A stretch of 64,000 nt of DNA from Candidatus Hydrogenedentota bacterium (GCA_045863295.1 BTWA01000008.1:59674-123673), one strand, 5' to 3'. Counted from the first letter of the stretch, positions 19,717-29,993 are shown. Notes: generated by a model from the sequence alone, not told the origin. Numbers and translations are program-made.

Positions 19717-19736
19717 TTCGCTTCAACCCCGATTAG

Positions 19737-19766
19737 AACCACAGATGAACACGGATGGACACAGAT
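19737..19766. repeat. Decamer repeat arm (CACrGATGrA x3)
   Basis: AACCACAGATGAACACGGATGGACACAGAT, same family as the arms at 21368 and 21916. Confidence 0.8.
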
Positions 19767-19912
19767 GAAAAGAGCCCAAACCCAATCAATCATTTCACTT
19801 TAGTGCAGCATCGATCACAACCAAGCACCGATCCAATCCCGCTTCTTTCAATAGCCACGGCCGGTTCTCAGTACTTATGCTGCACTATCGCCTCTGTCCT
19901 AACTTCTAAGTC

Positions 19913-20254
19913 CTAACTACTACGCCCTAACTTCTTCAATCGCGACTGAATCGCCGACGGCTGGCGGCCAAAATGAGCGGCCATGTCCTTGACACTTTTG
20001 CCCTCGCCCCAAAGCAACTCCAGATCCCGATCCTCCTCATCGCTCCAAGGCTCATACGCCCGCGGATGCTTTGCCTTAATCTCCGCCAGACGTTCCGCAT
20101 AGTCCGGCTTGGCCTTGTCAGCCAGCGTCAACGCCTCCGCAGCCGCATCGAAGATGTCCTTGTACGTATACCCCGGGTGCAACGCTAATATCTGCCCATA
20201 ATCCCGCCCCTCGGCGATAAGCTGCAGAATCACTTTTGCTTTCTCGCTCAGCAT
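19913..20254 (-). CDS. Small HTH protein (DUF433-like N-terminus, Myb-like C-terminus)
   Basis: HPGYTYKDIFDAAAEAL; RAYEPWSDEED...MAAHFGRQPSAIQSRL. Confidence 0.75.
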   Translation of the reverse strand: MLSEKAKVILQLIAEGRDYGQILALHPGYTYKDIFDAAAEALTLADKAKPDYAERLAEIKAKHPRAYEPWSDEEDRDLELLWGEGKSVKDMAAHFGRQPSAIQSRLKKLGRSS

Positions 20255-20293
20255 TCATGGTCCCCTTGCCAAGACCGCGACTCTTGATGGCAA

Positions 20294-21337
20294 TTAGCTA
20301 AGCAACGCTTTACGCCAATCGCTCTTGCTATAGTCTTTGGCATCGCCTTTATCCGGTCCTAGGTGCCAATTGATATCTTTTTCGCTCTTATCCACGAGTC
20401 GACAGTATCGCCCCTTGATATCGGTCGATTCGTTTCTTCCTACCACATGAACAGTCGCACGTGTATGGCCCCAGTATTTGCGCGCCCAATCCCAGTCCGT
20501 ATCCGGTGCCGACCAGCCGACAAAGTAGATCTCCTCGGCATTTCGGGATACATCAAATAGACGTTCGTGAACTCTCTGTAGTGAAGTCAGTGCCGCCCAC
20601 TCCGTCGGACGTTGTTTCATCCCAGGCGGCACCATCAGAAAATGCAGATCGCTGTGCAGATGCGGGCACCTGCCATGGCCGGTGTGCTTTTCGCGGCCGG
20701 TCCCCCAATTGGCCGGCAAGTGCGGGTCCGGCTTGTCAAACTTCACGGTCACGGTATTGCAGACATCGAACGGGAGATCACAAACTAACCAGTTCAGCGA
20801 TCCATTCGGCTTGAGGAGATTTACCCCAGGAGGCCGGCCTTCATTGACATAAAGCACTTCCTTCGATCCCAGACAGTATTCAGGCAGAGCACCAACCGCC
20901 ATGATCGCCTGATCCAAAAGCAAGTCATAGTTGAATGTACAGACTTCGATATCGGGCGTATTCAACAGGTCACGTGCAAATCGTTGATATAGACAGCACC
21001 ACAAACACTCTCGTTCCGCCTGGTCCTCTGACTGCATCACAAGTTCAAGACCACGGATGAATACTCGGGAAAATCGCTTCAGCTCGAATGTACTGTGCCC
21101 ACTCATTCGAATCAGTGTGTCACCGTAGACTTCCACGTTGGCGTCCACCGATTCCCAATCCAGGAAGGTGTCGTGCGCCGCTTTGGCTTCTGGAATGTCT
21201 ATGCCATGAATAGACCATGTGTGCGATTTGTGCCAAGGCAACTTTTTGAATCGGCAGAGGATGCCGCTCATCGCCGGAATACCCATGGGACACGAGAACC
21301 CCGCGCCCAACACCACCAGCTTCTTTGGATAACTCAT
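20294..21337 (-). CDS. SIR2-like protein
   Basis: VVLGAGFS..MGIP, TFNYDLLLD, KPNGSLNW, FVGWS. Confidence 0.8.
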   Translation of the reverse strand: MSYPKKLVVLGAGFSCPMGIPAMSGILCRFKKLPWHKSHTWSIHGIDIPEAKAAHDTFLDWESVDANVEVYGDTLIRMSGHSTFELKRFSRVFIRGLELVMQSEDQAERECLWCCLYQRFARDLLNTPDIEVCTFNYDLLLDQAIMAVGALPEYCLGSKEVLYVNEGRPPGVNLLKPNGSLNWLVCDLPFDVCNTVTVKFDKPDPHLPANWGTGREKHTGHGRCPHLHSDLHFLMVPPGMKQRPTEWAALTSLQRVHERLFDVSRNAEEIYFVGWSAPDTDWDWARKYWGHTRATVHVVGRNESTDIKGRYCRLVDKSEKDINWHLGPDKGDAKDYSKSDWRKALLS

Positions 21338-21367
21338 TGGGAATTCCTACGCTTCAATCTGAAATCA

Positions 21368-21510
21368 AACCACAGATGGACACAGATTAACACGGATAAG
21401 ACAGTCGAACGGGAACAGCCCTGGTCTATCAGGCGGGCCACACTCCTCCTTTTTTCTCTCATAATTCAATCTTCCCATCTGTGTGAATCTGTGTTCATCT
21501 GTGGTTCAAT
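21368..21510. repeat. REP-like hairpin element with 30-bp decamer arms
   Basis: 21368-21397 and 21477-21506 are inverted, 27/30 match. Confidence 0.85.
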
Positions 21511-21522
21511 TCTTATCCCTGT

Positions 21523-21894
21523 TTACAGTGAAACCCGCTTCCATTCCAGCTTCGCTCTTTTGAAATTGATGATTAGTCCCGTCTTTAACCCCGCAATCTT
21601 CAGGTAATTCAGCATCTGCCCCAACTCGTGGTCGCCGATTCGCTCTATTACTTTGGCATCCACAATTACCGCGTCTTGTACCACCAAATCCGGGACATAC
21701 GCGCCCACCGTCTTCCCCTTGTACACCACATCGTATGTGCATTGCTGGAGGGCCGACAGTCCGCGAAGCCCCAGTTCCACCACAAGCGCGTTCTCGTACG
21801 GCTTTTCCAACAGGCCGTGGCCTAAAGTATTCAGCACCTCCATCGCCGCCCCGATGATGGCCTCCGTCACGCTACTGTTCGGTGCGCCGCTCAA
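21523..21894 (-). CDS. GxxExxY protein (PD-(D/E)XK-like)
   Basis: LGHGLLEKPYENAL, PDLVV..AVIVDAK, QMLNYLK..G...GLIINF; likely TTG start at 21894. Confidence 0.9.
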   Translation of the reverse strand: MSGAPNSSVTEAIIGAAMEVLNTLGHGLLEKPYENALVVELGLRGLSALQQCTYDVVYKGKTVGAYVPDLVVQDAVIVDAKVIERIGDHELGQMLNYLKIAGLKTGLIINFKRAKLEWKRVSL

Positions 21895-21915
21895 GCGACA
21901 TCCCCTGAGAGTTTT

Positions 21916-22045
21916 AACCACAGATGAACACAGATGCACACGGATAAGAGCAGGGCCGAGGCTTCGGCCGTTAGCCGGTAGCCGGTAGCCATCTTTCCTC
22001 ACTTCTCTCTCCTCTTTTCTCTCTTCTTCCCATCTGTGGTTCAAT
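21916..22045. repeat. Second REP-like element, right arm shortened by two decamers
   Basis: Arm at 21916-21945; ends CTTCCCATCTGTGGTTCAAT like the 21368 copy. Confidence 0.8.
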
Positions 22046-25000
22046 CACAATTCCAAATCCCCCTGCTCGGGCGTAATCACCCGCTGTTCCCGTGCCAGGC
22101 GCACGATTTCCGGCCAGCTTTGTACCAAGGCGTTGTACGACAGGGCCTCGGCCGATCGTTTTTTGCGCTCGCACAGTGTGTACAGCCGGTACGCCAATTC
22201 CCGGGCCGTTTCCGCCTTGGCCCCTAGCTTGCCTGCGAGTGCGGCCGCGGCCGATTCGCCGCCCCCTTCCAGTACGCGAATAAGGTGGTGCACGGTCTCC
22301 CATACTGTCAGGCGGGTATCCGTGGCCGGGTCCCAGCTCTCGGGCAGTTCCGACGGTTTAAACAACCGCACTTTGCCCTTGCCGGCCTTCAGGATGCCCG
22401 CCTCCACCATGCCGTTCACGCTGGTGTTTTTCGACTTCGACAATTGCTCCGCCACGCCGTACTCGCCTTCCGCGAATCCAAACTGATCGAACCACGCCAA
22501 AGCCCAGCGTGTGTCGGGATCGAAATCGCCTTCCTGTTCGGCGAGGGCTTCATCCAACGTCTGATTGATGAGGGCCAAGGCCTCGCGCACCGTCAGCGGT
22601 TTGCCTTCCGCGTCGAGCACTTTCGCGAATCGCGTATACACGGCCATGCCCGGGCCAATCGCCGCCTGGGCCAAATCCACAGGGGCGATGTTGCCGCGCT
22701 GTAAGTGAAGAAGGGCAGCAGGCAGTTCGGCTTTGAGGGCATTCAGAAATTCGCGCCGCGTGGCGGTCGGCGCCTCTTTCGAACGTGGACGACCCACGAG
22801 CACTATGCTGGAGGCCAGGGCGTTGGTGCCGGACCCAATCATGCGGTTGCTGAGTTCGGTCCGCATGGGCCACGTGCCGCTTATGGCAAACCCCGCTTCG
22901 ATAACCGCCGCCAGGAACGTATCCCAACCCGTGCTGGCGGTACCATCGATTGCGTCGCTCTCGGCTTGCTTGAAAGCATAGTAGATGGTGACGGGGAAAG
23001 CTGGATGCGCCTGTTCGGCGAGACGGCTCATGGCCTGTGTCATGCCATTGAGAAAAAAAGTCTCAGCTTTTTGTTTATTGCCATGGCGATAAGGGGTAGC
23101 AACAAGTTCTTGGGCCTTGGGCACTGCCAACGTGGAGAAATCTTCCGCAAAAGCTGGCTTAAGGGAGCGACGTAGCCAAACATAGAAGAAGTCGGCAAGA
23201 TCAGCATAACCAATATTATCGTAATAAGGCGGGTCTGTAGAAACTACACGATCAGCCGATATAGTTTGAGCCTGCGCATCAGCCTGTTGTGCATACCCAT
23301 GTGGAGACTCTGGAAATGCGCAAATGGCTTTTTTCGCCCATTCAACTCCGCTGGATACGTTGCCCGAAGAATCGGAGAAAATGTTTGTTTCAACGTAGTC
23401 CCACGTCATAGGAATAGCTTGGCGACCAAAAGTATTTCGAATAAGTTCCTTACTCGAATGCCACGTGCAGATCGTTGACCAGTAGTCAGCTGCTTTGTCA
23501 ATGGTAAACGCCAAATACACCGCCACGGCGTCGGCGTAGTCCTGGGCGGTGGGTATGGGTGGGGCGCCTTTGGCGGGTTTGGGGGCGTGTTCGGGGAAAC
23601 CCGCCGCGAGGGCATCCTGCTTCACCCGTACCCGCGCCTCCTGCACCAAATCCGAAAACGTCGTCAACGCCACCAACTGCCGTGGCGTGAACAGGTCGCC
23701 GAACGTGGTGAGGCCGTAATTAGGTGTCTTGAAGTCACGTGGATTGACAGGCAAGGCCAAATCTGGCTTCCATGTTGGCCGTGCCTTGAGAGCGATAGCT
23801 TCCATCTGTGAAGTTGGCGAAAGATATATACGCCCATTCTCACCTTCCGCCACAATAGCCATTAGCCTTGCGCCCATAAAACCCGTCTTGCCTTGATCCC
23901 GAATGTGATCATACGTAACAGGCACGCCTGACATCAGGCAACGAAATGCTGCGCGTTTGCCGGCTGTGGTACCTAGTCTGGCGGCCTCCGCATCCTTTGG
24001 CTTCCCCACTTTGACCGTGAATCGGTAACCGCCGTTTTCTATCACCGGTTCCACGTAGGCTTCCTTGCCCACCTTGGTGGACAGCATAAAGGTTGAGGCC
24101 AAGGGTACATCGACATCCGCATACGCTGGGTTGGGGCTCTTGACGGTGCGCGCCCAAAGCCAGGCGATGACGGTAAGTTCTTTAGCGGTTAGGACGGAGG
24201 ACTTAGGATATAGGGGGACTTTGTCGTGGGGGTTTTTGGCCCAGTAGGTATCGACTTCTTCGCGGGTATAGTAGCGGCTCTTAGCCGGGTCAAAATAGAC
24301 TTTGGCCTTGGGGTATAGGTGGCCAATGCGCTTCTCGGCTTCGTCGCGCATCCATTGACCGTAGTAGCGGACATCGGCGGCGAGTCCGGCTGCGCCTTTC
24401 CATTCTCTAGCGAATAGCAATTGGGAGTTAGGATTTAGGGGGGAGGAGGCAGTCGATTCTAGCGATTCTCGCGAAACTTGCGCCGAAGCGTGCTGAGCAT
24501 CTTGCCCACTTCCACGATCAGACTCCGCGCCACGCTTGTTTCCGTGACTTGCATCCATCCGATCTCCTCGCAAAGCGTGAGAAACGTCTCCGTCTCCGCC
24601 AGGGAACCTTGCGCTATGGCCAGAAACTGAGCCCGCTCCTTTTCGGATTCTCTTGTCCATCCCTCCGCGATGTTGGCTGGCACTGACGCTGCCGCCCGTG
24701 TGATCTGCGAACGCATCCCGTACATTTCTTCCTTGGGAAGATGCGCTACCAGACGATAGACCTCTTTTGCCAGGTCCATCGATTTCCTCCATACCATCAG
24801 TTCTCGATAGTGAAGTCCCATCGCCCCCCCTAAGTTCTAAGTCCTCACCACTTTCTTCCCTACTATGTCCTAAATCCTCTGTTCTACTCGCTCCATTGAC
24901 GGGCGGTTGCCCGGCAAACCGCGGCGGTATCTCGATCATCGCCTTGTTAATCAGCACAGCAACCGGATTCAGATCGCTCGCGTAGGCTTCCAGTCCGAGG

Positions 25001-25452
25001 CGTTGGGCTTCGAGAGGGAGTGCGCCGCCACCGGCAAAGGGGTCGTGGAAAGCGGGGAGTTTGTAACGGTCGAAGAGTTCCTTGGCGCGAGGGTGGTCGG
25101 CGTTCTCGGCGCAGGCGCGGCGCCAGCTTTGCCAGATTTCCTCGCGGGCCTGCTGGAGCACGGCCTCGTTTGTGGTGTTCTCCCATTTGACGAGTTCTTC
25201 AATAATCTTGAACAGGCGCTGCCGTTCCTTGTTCTGCGCCTTTTCCGTGGGGAACAGGTCGGGCCATGCGGAAGGGTCGTCAACCATTTGCGCAAAGATG
25301 ACGGCCCGCGCCGCCGCCAAAGGCCGCCGCGCCCACCAGAGGTGCAACGTGGAAGGATGCCCGTGTCGAATAGACTTCTCCCGCGCGGAAGCCACGTTGA
25401 TCGCTTCCAAAGGCAGGGCCACTTCAATGAGTTTCTTGCGGATCTTGGTCAT
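22045..25452 (-). CDS. DUF1156 amino-methyltransferase with an in-frame insertion of about 154 aa
   Basis: [26 protein letters not shown] (motif I), TDPPYYD (motif IV); alternative start at 25479. Confidence 0.9.
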   Translation of the reverse strand: MTKIRKKLIEVALPLEAINVASAREKSIRHGHPSTLHLWWARRPLAAARAVIFAQMVDDPSAWPDLFPTEKAQNKERQRLFKIIEELVKWENTTNEAVLQQAREEIWQSWRRACAENADHPRAKELFDRYKLPAFHDPFAGGGALPLEAQRLGLEAYASDLNPVAVLINKAMIEIPPRFAGQPPVNGASRTEDLGHSREESGEDLELRGGDGTSLSRTDGMEEIDGPGKRGLSSGSASSQGRNVRDAFADHTGGSVSASQHRGGMDKRIRKGAGSVSGHSARFPGGDGDVSHALRGDRMDASHGNKRGAESDRGSGQDAQHASAQVSRESLESTASSPLNPNSQLLFAREWKGAAGLAADVRYYGQWMRDEAEKRIGHLYPKAKVYFDPAKSRYYTREEVDTYWAKNPHDKVPLYPKSSVLTAKELTVIAWLWARTVKSPNPAYADVDVPLASTFMLSTKVGKEAYVEPVIENGGYRFTVKVGKPKDAEAARLGTTAGKRAAFRCLMSGVPVTYDHIRDQGKTGFMGARLMAIVAEGENGRIYLSPTSQMEAIALKARPTWKPDLALPVNPRDFKTPNYGLTTFGDLFTPRQLVALTTFSDLVQEARVRVKQDALAAGFPEHAPKPAKGAPPIPTAQDYADAVAVYLAFTIDKAADYWSTICTWHSSKELIRNTFGRQAIPMTWDYVETNIFSDSSGNVSSGVEWAKKAICAFPESPHGYAQQADAQAQTISADRVVSTDPPYYDNIGYADLADFFYVWLRRSLKPAFAEDFSTLAVPKAQELVATPYRHGNKQKAETFFLNGMTQAMSRLAEQAHPAFPVTIYYAFKQAESDAIDGTASTGWDTFLAAVIEAGFAISGTWPMRTELSNRMIGSGTNALASSIVLVGRPRSKEAPTATRREFLNALKAELPAALLHLQRGNIAPVDLAQAAIGPGMAVYTRFAKVLDAEGKPLTVREALALINQTLDEALAEQEGDFDPDTRWALAWFDQFGFAEGEYGVAEQLSKSKNTSVNGMVEAGILKAGKGKVRLFKPSELPESWDPATDTRLTVWETVHHLIRVLEGGGESAAAALAGKLGAKAETARELAYRLYTLCERKKRSAEALSYNALVQSWPEIVRLAREQRVITPEQGDLEL
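24190..24886. repeat. Nested inverted repeats built from TCCTAA-like heptamers
   Basis: Inner pair 24424-24443 / 24825-24844 (17/20); outer pair 24190-24213 / 24863-24886 (20/24). Confidence 0.75.
24459..24821 (-). CDS. Four-helix-bundle protein (23S rRNA IVS / bAvd-like), nested in the methyltransferase in the +1 frame
   Basis: [18 protein letters not shown]...[26 protein letters not shown]...[14 protein letters not shown]. Confidence 0.92.
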   Translation of the reverse strand: MGLHYRELMVWRKSMDLAKEVYRLVAHLPKEEMYGMRSQITRAAASVPANIAEGWTRESEKERAQFLAIAQGSLAETETFLTLCEEIGWMQVTETSVARSLIVEVGKMLSTLRRKFRENR

Positions 25453-25510
25453 ATAACCCACACTTTCAAAACCCCCCATTTCCTAAATCCTATCTTCTAC
25501 CTTCTACCTA

Positions 25511-26089
25511 CTAGTATTCCAAGCTCCATGAAGTATCGATGACGCGGGGCAACCCTTTGCGCTCGATGGCACGCAAACACTCGCGCAGGGCTTCCGTCAC
25601 GTTTTCGGGCACGGGGTCCTTGGGGAAACCACCCGCGATCCGGAAGATATCCGGAGCTGGCACGACGGTCTCCAGGATTGCCATCGCAGAGGCGTCGAAC
25701 AGGATAATCGTGGCAACGGGATTCCGCGCATAACGCGGGGTGGTGACCCAGCCCATCCGGTCACCGGCCCTGAGCCGCCACAAGTTGGGCGCGTCCATGG
25801 GCGCATCGGGCACAGGCGGCGCATTGGCACCGGCGGCATTGTAATTATTAACCCACCGCATACCCAGCAAATTGGACATTTCCGTTGGGTGGAGTTCGAC
25901 CCAGGAGGGTAAATCGAAAGAGCGACTGGTCACTGTCACATAGTCGCCGTCGCGTGTGTACCATGCATCATGCAGACCCCAAGCGGGGGGCTCGTAGATG
26001 GCCGATGTCAGCCGGAACCAGCCCAGCAAATCTCCGGCCCGGCATGACAGGCGTTGTGTCTGGTCAATATCAAAAGTGATTTCTACCAT
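25511..26089 (-). CDS. Hypothetical protein (192 aa)
   Basis: Same strand as the locus; its 5' end is duplicated at 28738-28872. Confidence 0.65.
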   Translation of the reverse strand: MVEITFDIDQTQRLSCRAGDLLGWFRLTSAIYEPPAWGLHDAWYTRDGDYVTVTSRSFDLPSWVELHPTEMSNLLGMRWVNNYNAAGANAPPVPDAPMDAPNLWRLRAGDRMGWVTTPRYARNPVATIILFDASAMAILETVVPAPDIFRIAGGFPKDPVPENVTEALRECLRAIERKGLPRVIDTSWSLEY

Positions 26090-26173
26090 AAATTATCGCT
26101 CGAAGATGTTGGGTGCCCCAAGTCTTCAGTCGGTATCACATGCATGGCGCGCGACCTGTTTGCTACAAGGACT

Positions 26174-27196
26174 TTATCGTCGGCCTATCACTTCAGTCTC
26201 TTGACCAGCAGCCGCTTTTTTCTCTGACCGCGCGAGTATTTCGTTCGCAAGAGACTTAAAGTCTAGATAGCATTTCGACACCGCCGCGGCATGGGCTCCA
26301 ATTGCTCCATCCGCAGGCGACAATTTGAAAACCGGTTTTCGAGCATCTTCCGCGAGCGGCATCAGGCTTTGGTAGTTCTTAATGAATCCAATCCGATTAG
26401 GGTCGGCCTCGACATTCACCTCAGTGATTGGCTTACGCAGGACATGGGTTGTGTAAACTTGGGGAATCTTGGAAACCCAACGTTGGTAGGCTTTGACAGG
26501 ACGATTCCTTCGCTCAACATGCTGCATGACGACATAACCCGCAGGCGTCATGGAGCCGGACGGCATTGGTATGTTTAGATCTTCAGGCTTCTCATCCAAC
26601 ATTTTTTGCCAATGCTTTCTCCAAGCATCAATGGTTGGGCCGAGGTTCTTCAAACCCTGCAGAGAGAACAGCCCCGGCGCAAGCGGCATTACGATATTAT
26701 CGGATGCAATCAAAGATGCCCGATTGATAGCGCCGAGATTGGGTCCAACATCCATCAGAATAACATCGGCGTCTAAAGATTCCGCTGCATGGTGAACAAT
26801 GCGGTAAAAAGCGGTCGTTGTGCGAAACGCACCTACATCTCCCATAAAACATTTGGGCCACGCCTCGGAGAGTTTGTCCTCGAATCGGGACAGACCCAGG
26901 TCTCCTGGGAGAAGAAATAGATTTGCATTTAGCTTCTGCAATGGAGCAACAGCAATATCCCCCGTGTTTTCGATAAGCGGAGAAATGCAGGCCAAAATGC
27001 TTTTGTTCTCGCCTTCTTCCGGCCATAAGTCTATCAAAGTGTCGTCATCGAGAAACATGCTTGTGAGATTGGCTTGGGGGTCCAAATCAACCGCGAGGAC
27101 CTTTTTGCCTAGTTCGGAACACATCCATGCGAGGTGATATACAAGAGTGGTTTTACCAACGCCGCCCTTGTTATTGAAGAAGGCGATGGTTTTCAT
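26174..27196 (-). CDS. ParA-family ATPase
   Basis: FNNKGGVGKTT, VDLDPQANLT, MDVGPNLG. Confidence 0.9.
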   Translation of the reverse strand: MKTIAFFNNKGGVGKTTLVYHLAWMCSELGKKVLAVDLDPQANLTSMFLDDDTLIDLWPEEGENKSILACISPLIENTGDIAVAPLQKLNANLFLLPGDLGLSRFEDKLSEAWPKCFMGDVGAFRTTTAFYRIVHHAAESLDADVILMDVGPNLGAINRASLIASDNIVMPLAPGLFSLQGLKNLGPTIDAWRKHWQKMLDEKPEDLNIPMPSGSMTPAGYVVMQHVERRNRPVKAYQRWVSKIPQVYTTHVLRKPITEVNVEADPNRIGFIKNYQSLMPLAEDARKPVFKLSPADGAIGAHAAAVSKCYLDFKSLANEILARSEKKAAAGQETEVIGRR

Positions 27197-28386
27197 CTGA
27201 GGATTCCCTTGATAGTGGCCAGAAAATGAGCTGGCTCATTAATATTAAACTCAGCGGGTGGGTTACCGTTCTCCTTCAATGCGTTTTGGGCGCGGACGAT
27301 TCCCCTGCCGAATTGATTTACGTATCCCAGGACCTTCATGGCCTCGGCAATCTTTGGATTGCGGTAGTCATTCTGGTTGGGAAAGGTTTGAGGCGTGACG
27401 GAACCGTAGAGCCCGCCGGGATTTTGAATTTCGATGCGGTCACTGAACCGGTATAAGCGAATGGGCGAATTGGACTGGTAATCGCGGTGCATCACAGCAT
27501 TCATTAGAAGTTCTCGTATAGCTGTCGCGGGATACGGTGTCCGGCTAATTTCTTTTAGAGTCGACACTGATTCCGGATACATGGGGATCATGGTTTTTAC
27601 AAAACTATCCAATTCACGAAGCAGGTTTATTAGATCGCCTTCAAATCGTCGTTCATCGAGCACTTCTGATTCAAGACCTTCACCTTCAAAATGCACGTAT
27701 TGAATAGCGGCCCCTGGAATCCAATTCAATGTATCATGGGCGAATAGAATCGCTCCTGCATTTGTGGCGCATTTATCTTTGGTTGACCACAAACCTAAAG
27801 ACGCCATCTGTAGGAGCATATCTCGATTGTTTTCCTCGATAAGCTCTGGCGCGATTGCAGCACTACGGTAAGTAAGTTGGAACAGGTCAAGTGCAAGCTC
27901 ATTCTCGTCGCATCCCTTGCATGGCATGAGGTCGAAAGTTCGGGCGTGTGATGTTCGACGTTCGGTTAGAATTCGCTCATCCTGTTCTCCCGCGATCGCT
28001 TTACGCGGCCCGCGACGTATCCAGACTTGTCCCTTATAACGGACAGGAGGAATATCTGAAGGCCTCACTTCGACGACGGCAAGGTCTCCTTCTGGCAATG
28101 AGACCCTTTCCACTACCATGGAAGGCAATGGTACGATTTGCCCGGAATCCGCGTGGCTGGCAAGATTACGCAAGAGTTCGTCCGAGACATTGACACCCGT
28201 GATGGTTCCGGTCGAATCGCTCGCGCCGATGATCAGATAGCCTGGAAGATTATTTCCTGGCATGTCGTTTGCAAATGCGCATATGGCCTCGCAAAACTTG
28301 CGGCTGTCCGTTGTCGAAGTAGTTCGTTCGACCCGGGCAGACTCCATGTCTGCCAGCAAGTTCCTTAGTTCTGTCTCGTTGATCAT
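27193..28386 (-). CDS. AlbA_2 (Schlafen-like) + RecG-C/HATPase-like protein
   Basis: ESARVER, ICAFAND, YLIIGASD, RELLMNAVMHRDY, NPGGL, YRNPKIA; ATGA overlap with parA. Confidence 0.85.
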   Translation of the reverse strand: MINETELRNLLADMESARVERTTSTTDSRKFCEAICAFANDMPGNNLPGYLIIGASDSTGTITGVNVSDELLRNLASHADSGQIVPLPSMVVERVSLPEGDLAVVEVRPSDIPPVRYKGQVWIRRGPRKAIAGEQDERILTERRTSHARTFDLMPCKGCDENELALDLFQLTYRSAAIAPELIEENNRDMLLQMASLGLWSTKDKCATNAGAILFAHDTLNWIPGAAIQYVHFEGEGLESEVLDERRFEGDLINLLRELDSFVKTMIPMYPESVSTLKEISRTPYPATAIRELLMNAVMHRDYQSNSPIRLYRFSDRIEIQNPGGLYGSVTPQTFPNQNDYRNPKIAEAMKVLGYVNQFGRGIVRAQNALKENGNPPAEFNINEPAHFLATIKGILR

Positions 28387-28733
28387 TTGCCGCCTTCGGT
28401 TATGCCTGGCAGGGGACTCTCCAACTGAGTGGCCATGCAGGCAGTATGTAGCCGTAGACTATCAAATTCGTGCGCGATAATCTCGCTAGAATTGAGTTTC
28501 TGCCGTAAATTGCTCCTTTTGGGCCACATACCGGCACTGTTGGCAAGATATTGCATGAAGCGGACATTGCGCTGATTGGGGTTGAAGTCGACTAGCAGAT
28601 TGGATATGTCGGACTTGACAGACGTATTGTGTTGAAATGGAGGTACAAACAGTGTTGATGGACGGTGCCTTTTTTATGTGTGTGAGAAACTTGGACATCT
28701 CAATTCACGGTGTGCGTGGCAATCCGTAAGCAA

Positions 28734-28862
28734 CTACGCATCATGCCAAGCCCAAACGGGTGGCTCGTAGATGGCCGATGTCAGCCGGAACCAGCCCAGC
28801 AAATCCCCGGCCCGGCATGACAGGCGCTGTGTCTGGCCAGTATCAAAAGTGATTTCTACCAT
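28734..28862 (-). pseudogene. 42-codon truncated copy of the 25511..26089 gene
   Basis: 135-bp direct repeat (28738-28872 vs 25965-26099, about 11 mismatches); reads MVEITFDTGQTQRLS...WHDA then stop. Confidence 0.8.
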
Positions 28863-28913
28863 AAGTTGTCGCCTTGTAGGAACCCGACTAGTTTGATTGG
28901 CTAGGCTTACCCC

Positions 28914-29993
28914 CTACCCTTCGTTTCGCAGCCATAGTACGAGTAGCAGCCAAAATACGGCAAACAAGAGCCAAAGTATCACAAGCAGTAGTAATCTGAC
29001 TTGTTCTTCATAAGGAGTATACCTGTTTAAATCATCGCCCGAATTGTGTTGTATGTGGCTTGGATTCATTCTGGATCCTGGAATTGCGGACACGTCTCGC
29101 AACAGTTCCAGAAGTGAATGCACGGGTACATAGGCGCCGCGTCGTCGAATTTCTCTCGCGCAGATTTGACCAACGTCGGGGACTCTTTTTTGCAATATGA
29201 TGCACAGGATGATGTCGAGCAGTATGTTCCGGAAAAGTGGAGCAACGGAGACCGATAGTGCGGAGCATGGAATGAGAAACAGGACCGCCGCGAAGGAAAG
29301 CATATTCAGCACGACAAGCAAGAAGACGCATAGTATGAAGCAGATGGAAACCGTATATGCCCAGAGTTCAGCAATGACCCAGTGTGCACGGCCGACCTCC
29401 GGGTAAGCCCGTTCTTGAATCCGTGAAACGACCGGGTCCACAGTTTCTTTGCTTTCTTCGGCAAAAGGGGCATGGGGTTCTTGCGCCAAACGGCCGGATA
29501 TCTTCGTGGCTTCCGCCTCACCTTGCGACTCGGGAAGAGTTACTCGTTGGACTCCGCGGGCGAACAGGGCATACAAGGGCATATTCGCTTGATGGTATGC
29601 CTGATTCTTGTGTTGATGTTCCGACTTGGCAGTAGAATAGAAGCCTCGTTTGATTCGATCCAACTCGACTTCTCGATTGTGATTTGTCGATCCCCTCCGT
29701 TTGCGATTCCTTTCCTCATTGACCGATATGTTCGCACGAGTATCGGTGTTCTCCGAATACCGTTCGTCGTCAAGGTCGACCTTTGTCGCCCCAGAGCCAC
29801 CTGTGTAAGCCCAACCGGATTCGACCAAATGGTTGAGCGTTCTGACATCAAATTTATCTCCAACTTTTAGTCCTCGCTCTTTAATAAGGTAGTTGATTCC
29901 CTCTTCCTCAAGCTGAAAGGTGCACATATACCCGCCAACATTGGATCGAATGTAATAGCCTCGGCCATCGCGATACCTATTAAAGGTAGGCAT
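28914..29993 (-). CDS. Hypothetical membrane protein
   Basis: 359 aa with three hydrophobic segments in the C-terminal half. Confidence 0.65.
   Translation of the reverse strand: MPTFNRYRDGRGYYIRSNVGGYMCTFQLEEEGINYLIKERGLKVGDKFDVRTLNHLVESGWAYTGGSGATKVDLDDERYSENTDTRANISVNEERNRKRRGSTNHNREVELDRIKRGFYSTAKSEHQHKNQAYHQANMPLYALFARGVQRVTLPESQGEAEATKISGRLAQEPHAPFAEESKETVDPVVSRIQERAYPEVGRAHWVIAELWAYTVSICFILCVFLLVVLNMLSFAAVLFLIPCSALSVSVAPLFRNILLDIILCIILQKRVPDVGQICAREIRRRGAYVPVHSLLELLRDVSAIPGSRMNPSHIQHNSGDDLNRYTPYEEQVRLLLLVILWLLFAVFWLLLVLWLRNEG

Noticed and set aside
19737..22045. CRISPR array or integron attC sites
   Set aside because: Tandem decamers without unique regular spacers; no cas or intI gene and no RYYYAAC/GTTRRRY boxes.
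25965..28872. DGR template/variable repeat pair, with the Avd-like gene nearby
   Set aside because: Mismatches are not confined to adenines on either strand, the repeat covers a gene start, and no reverse transcriptase is in the window.
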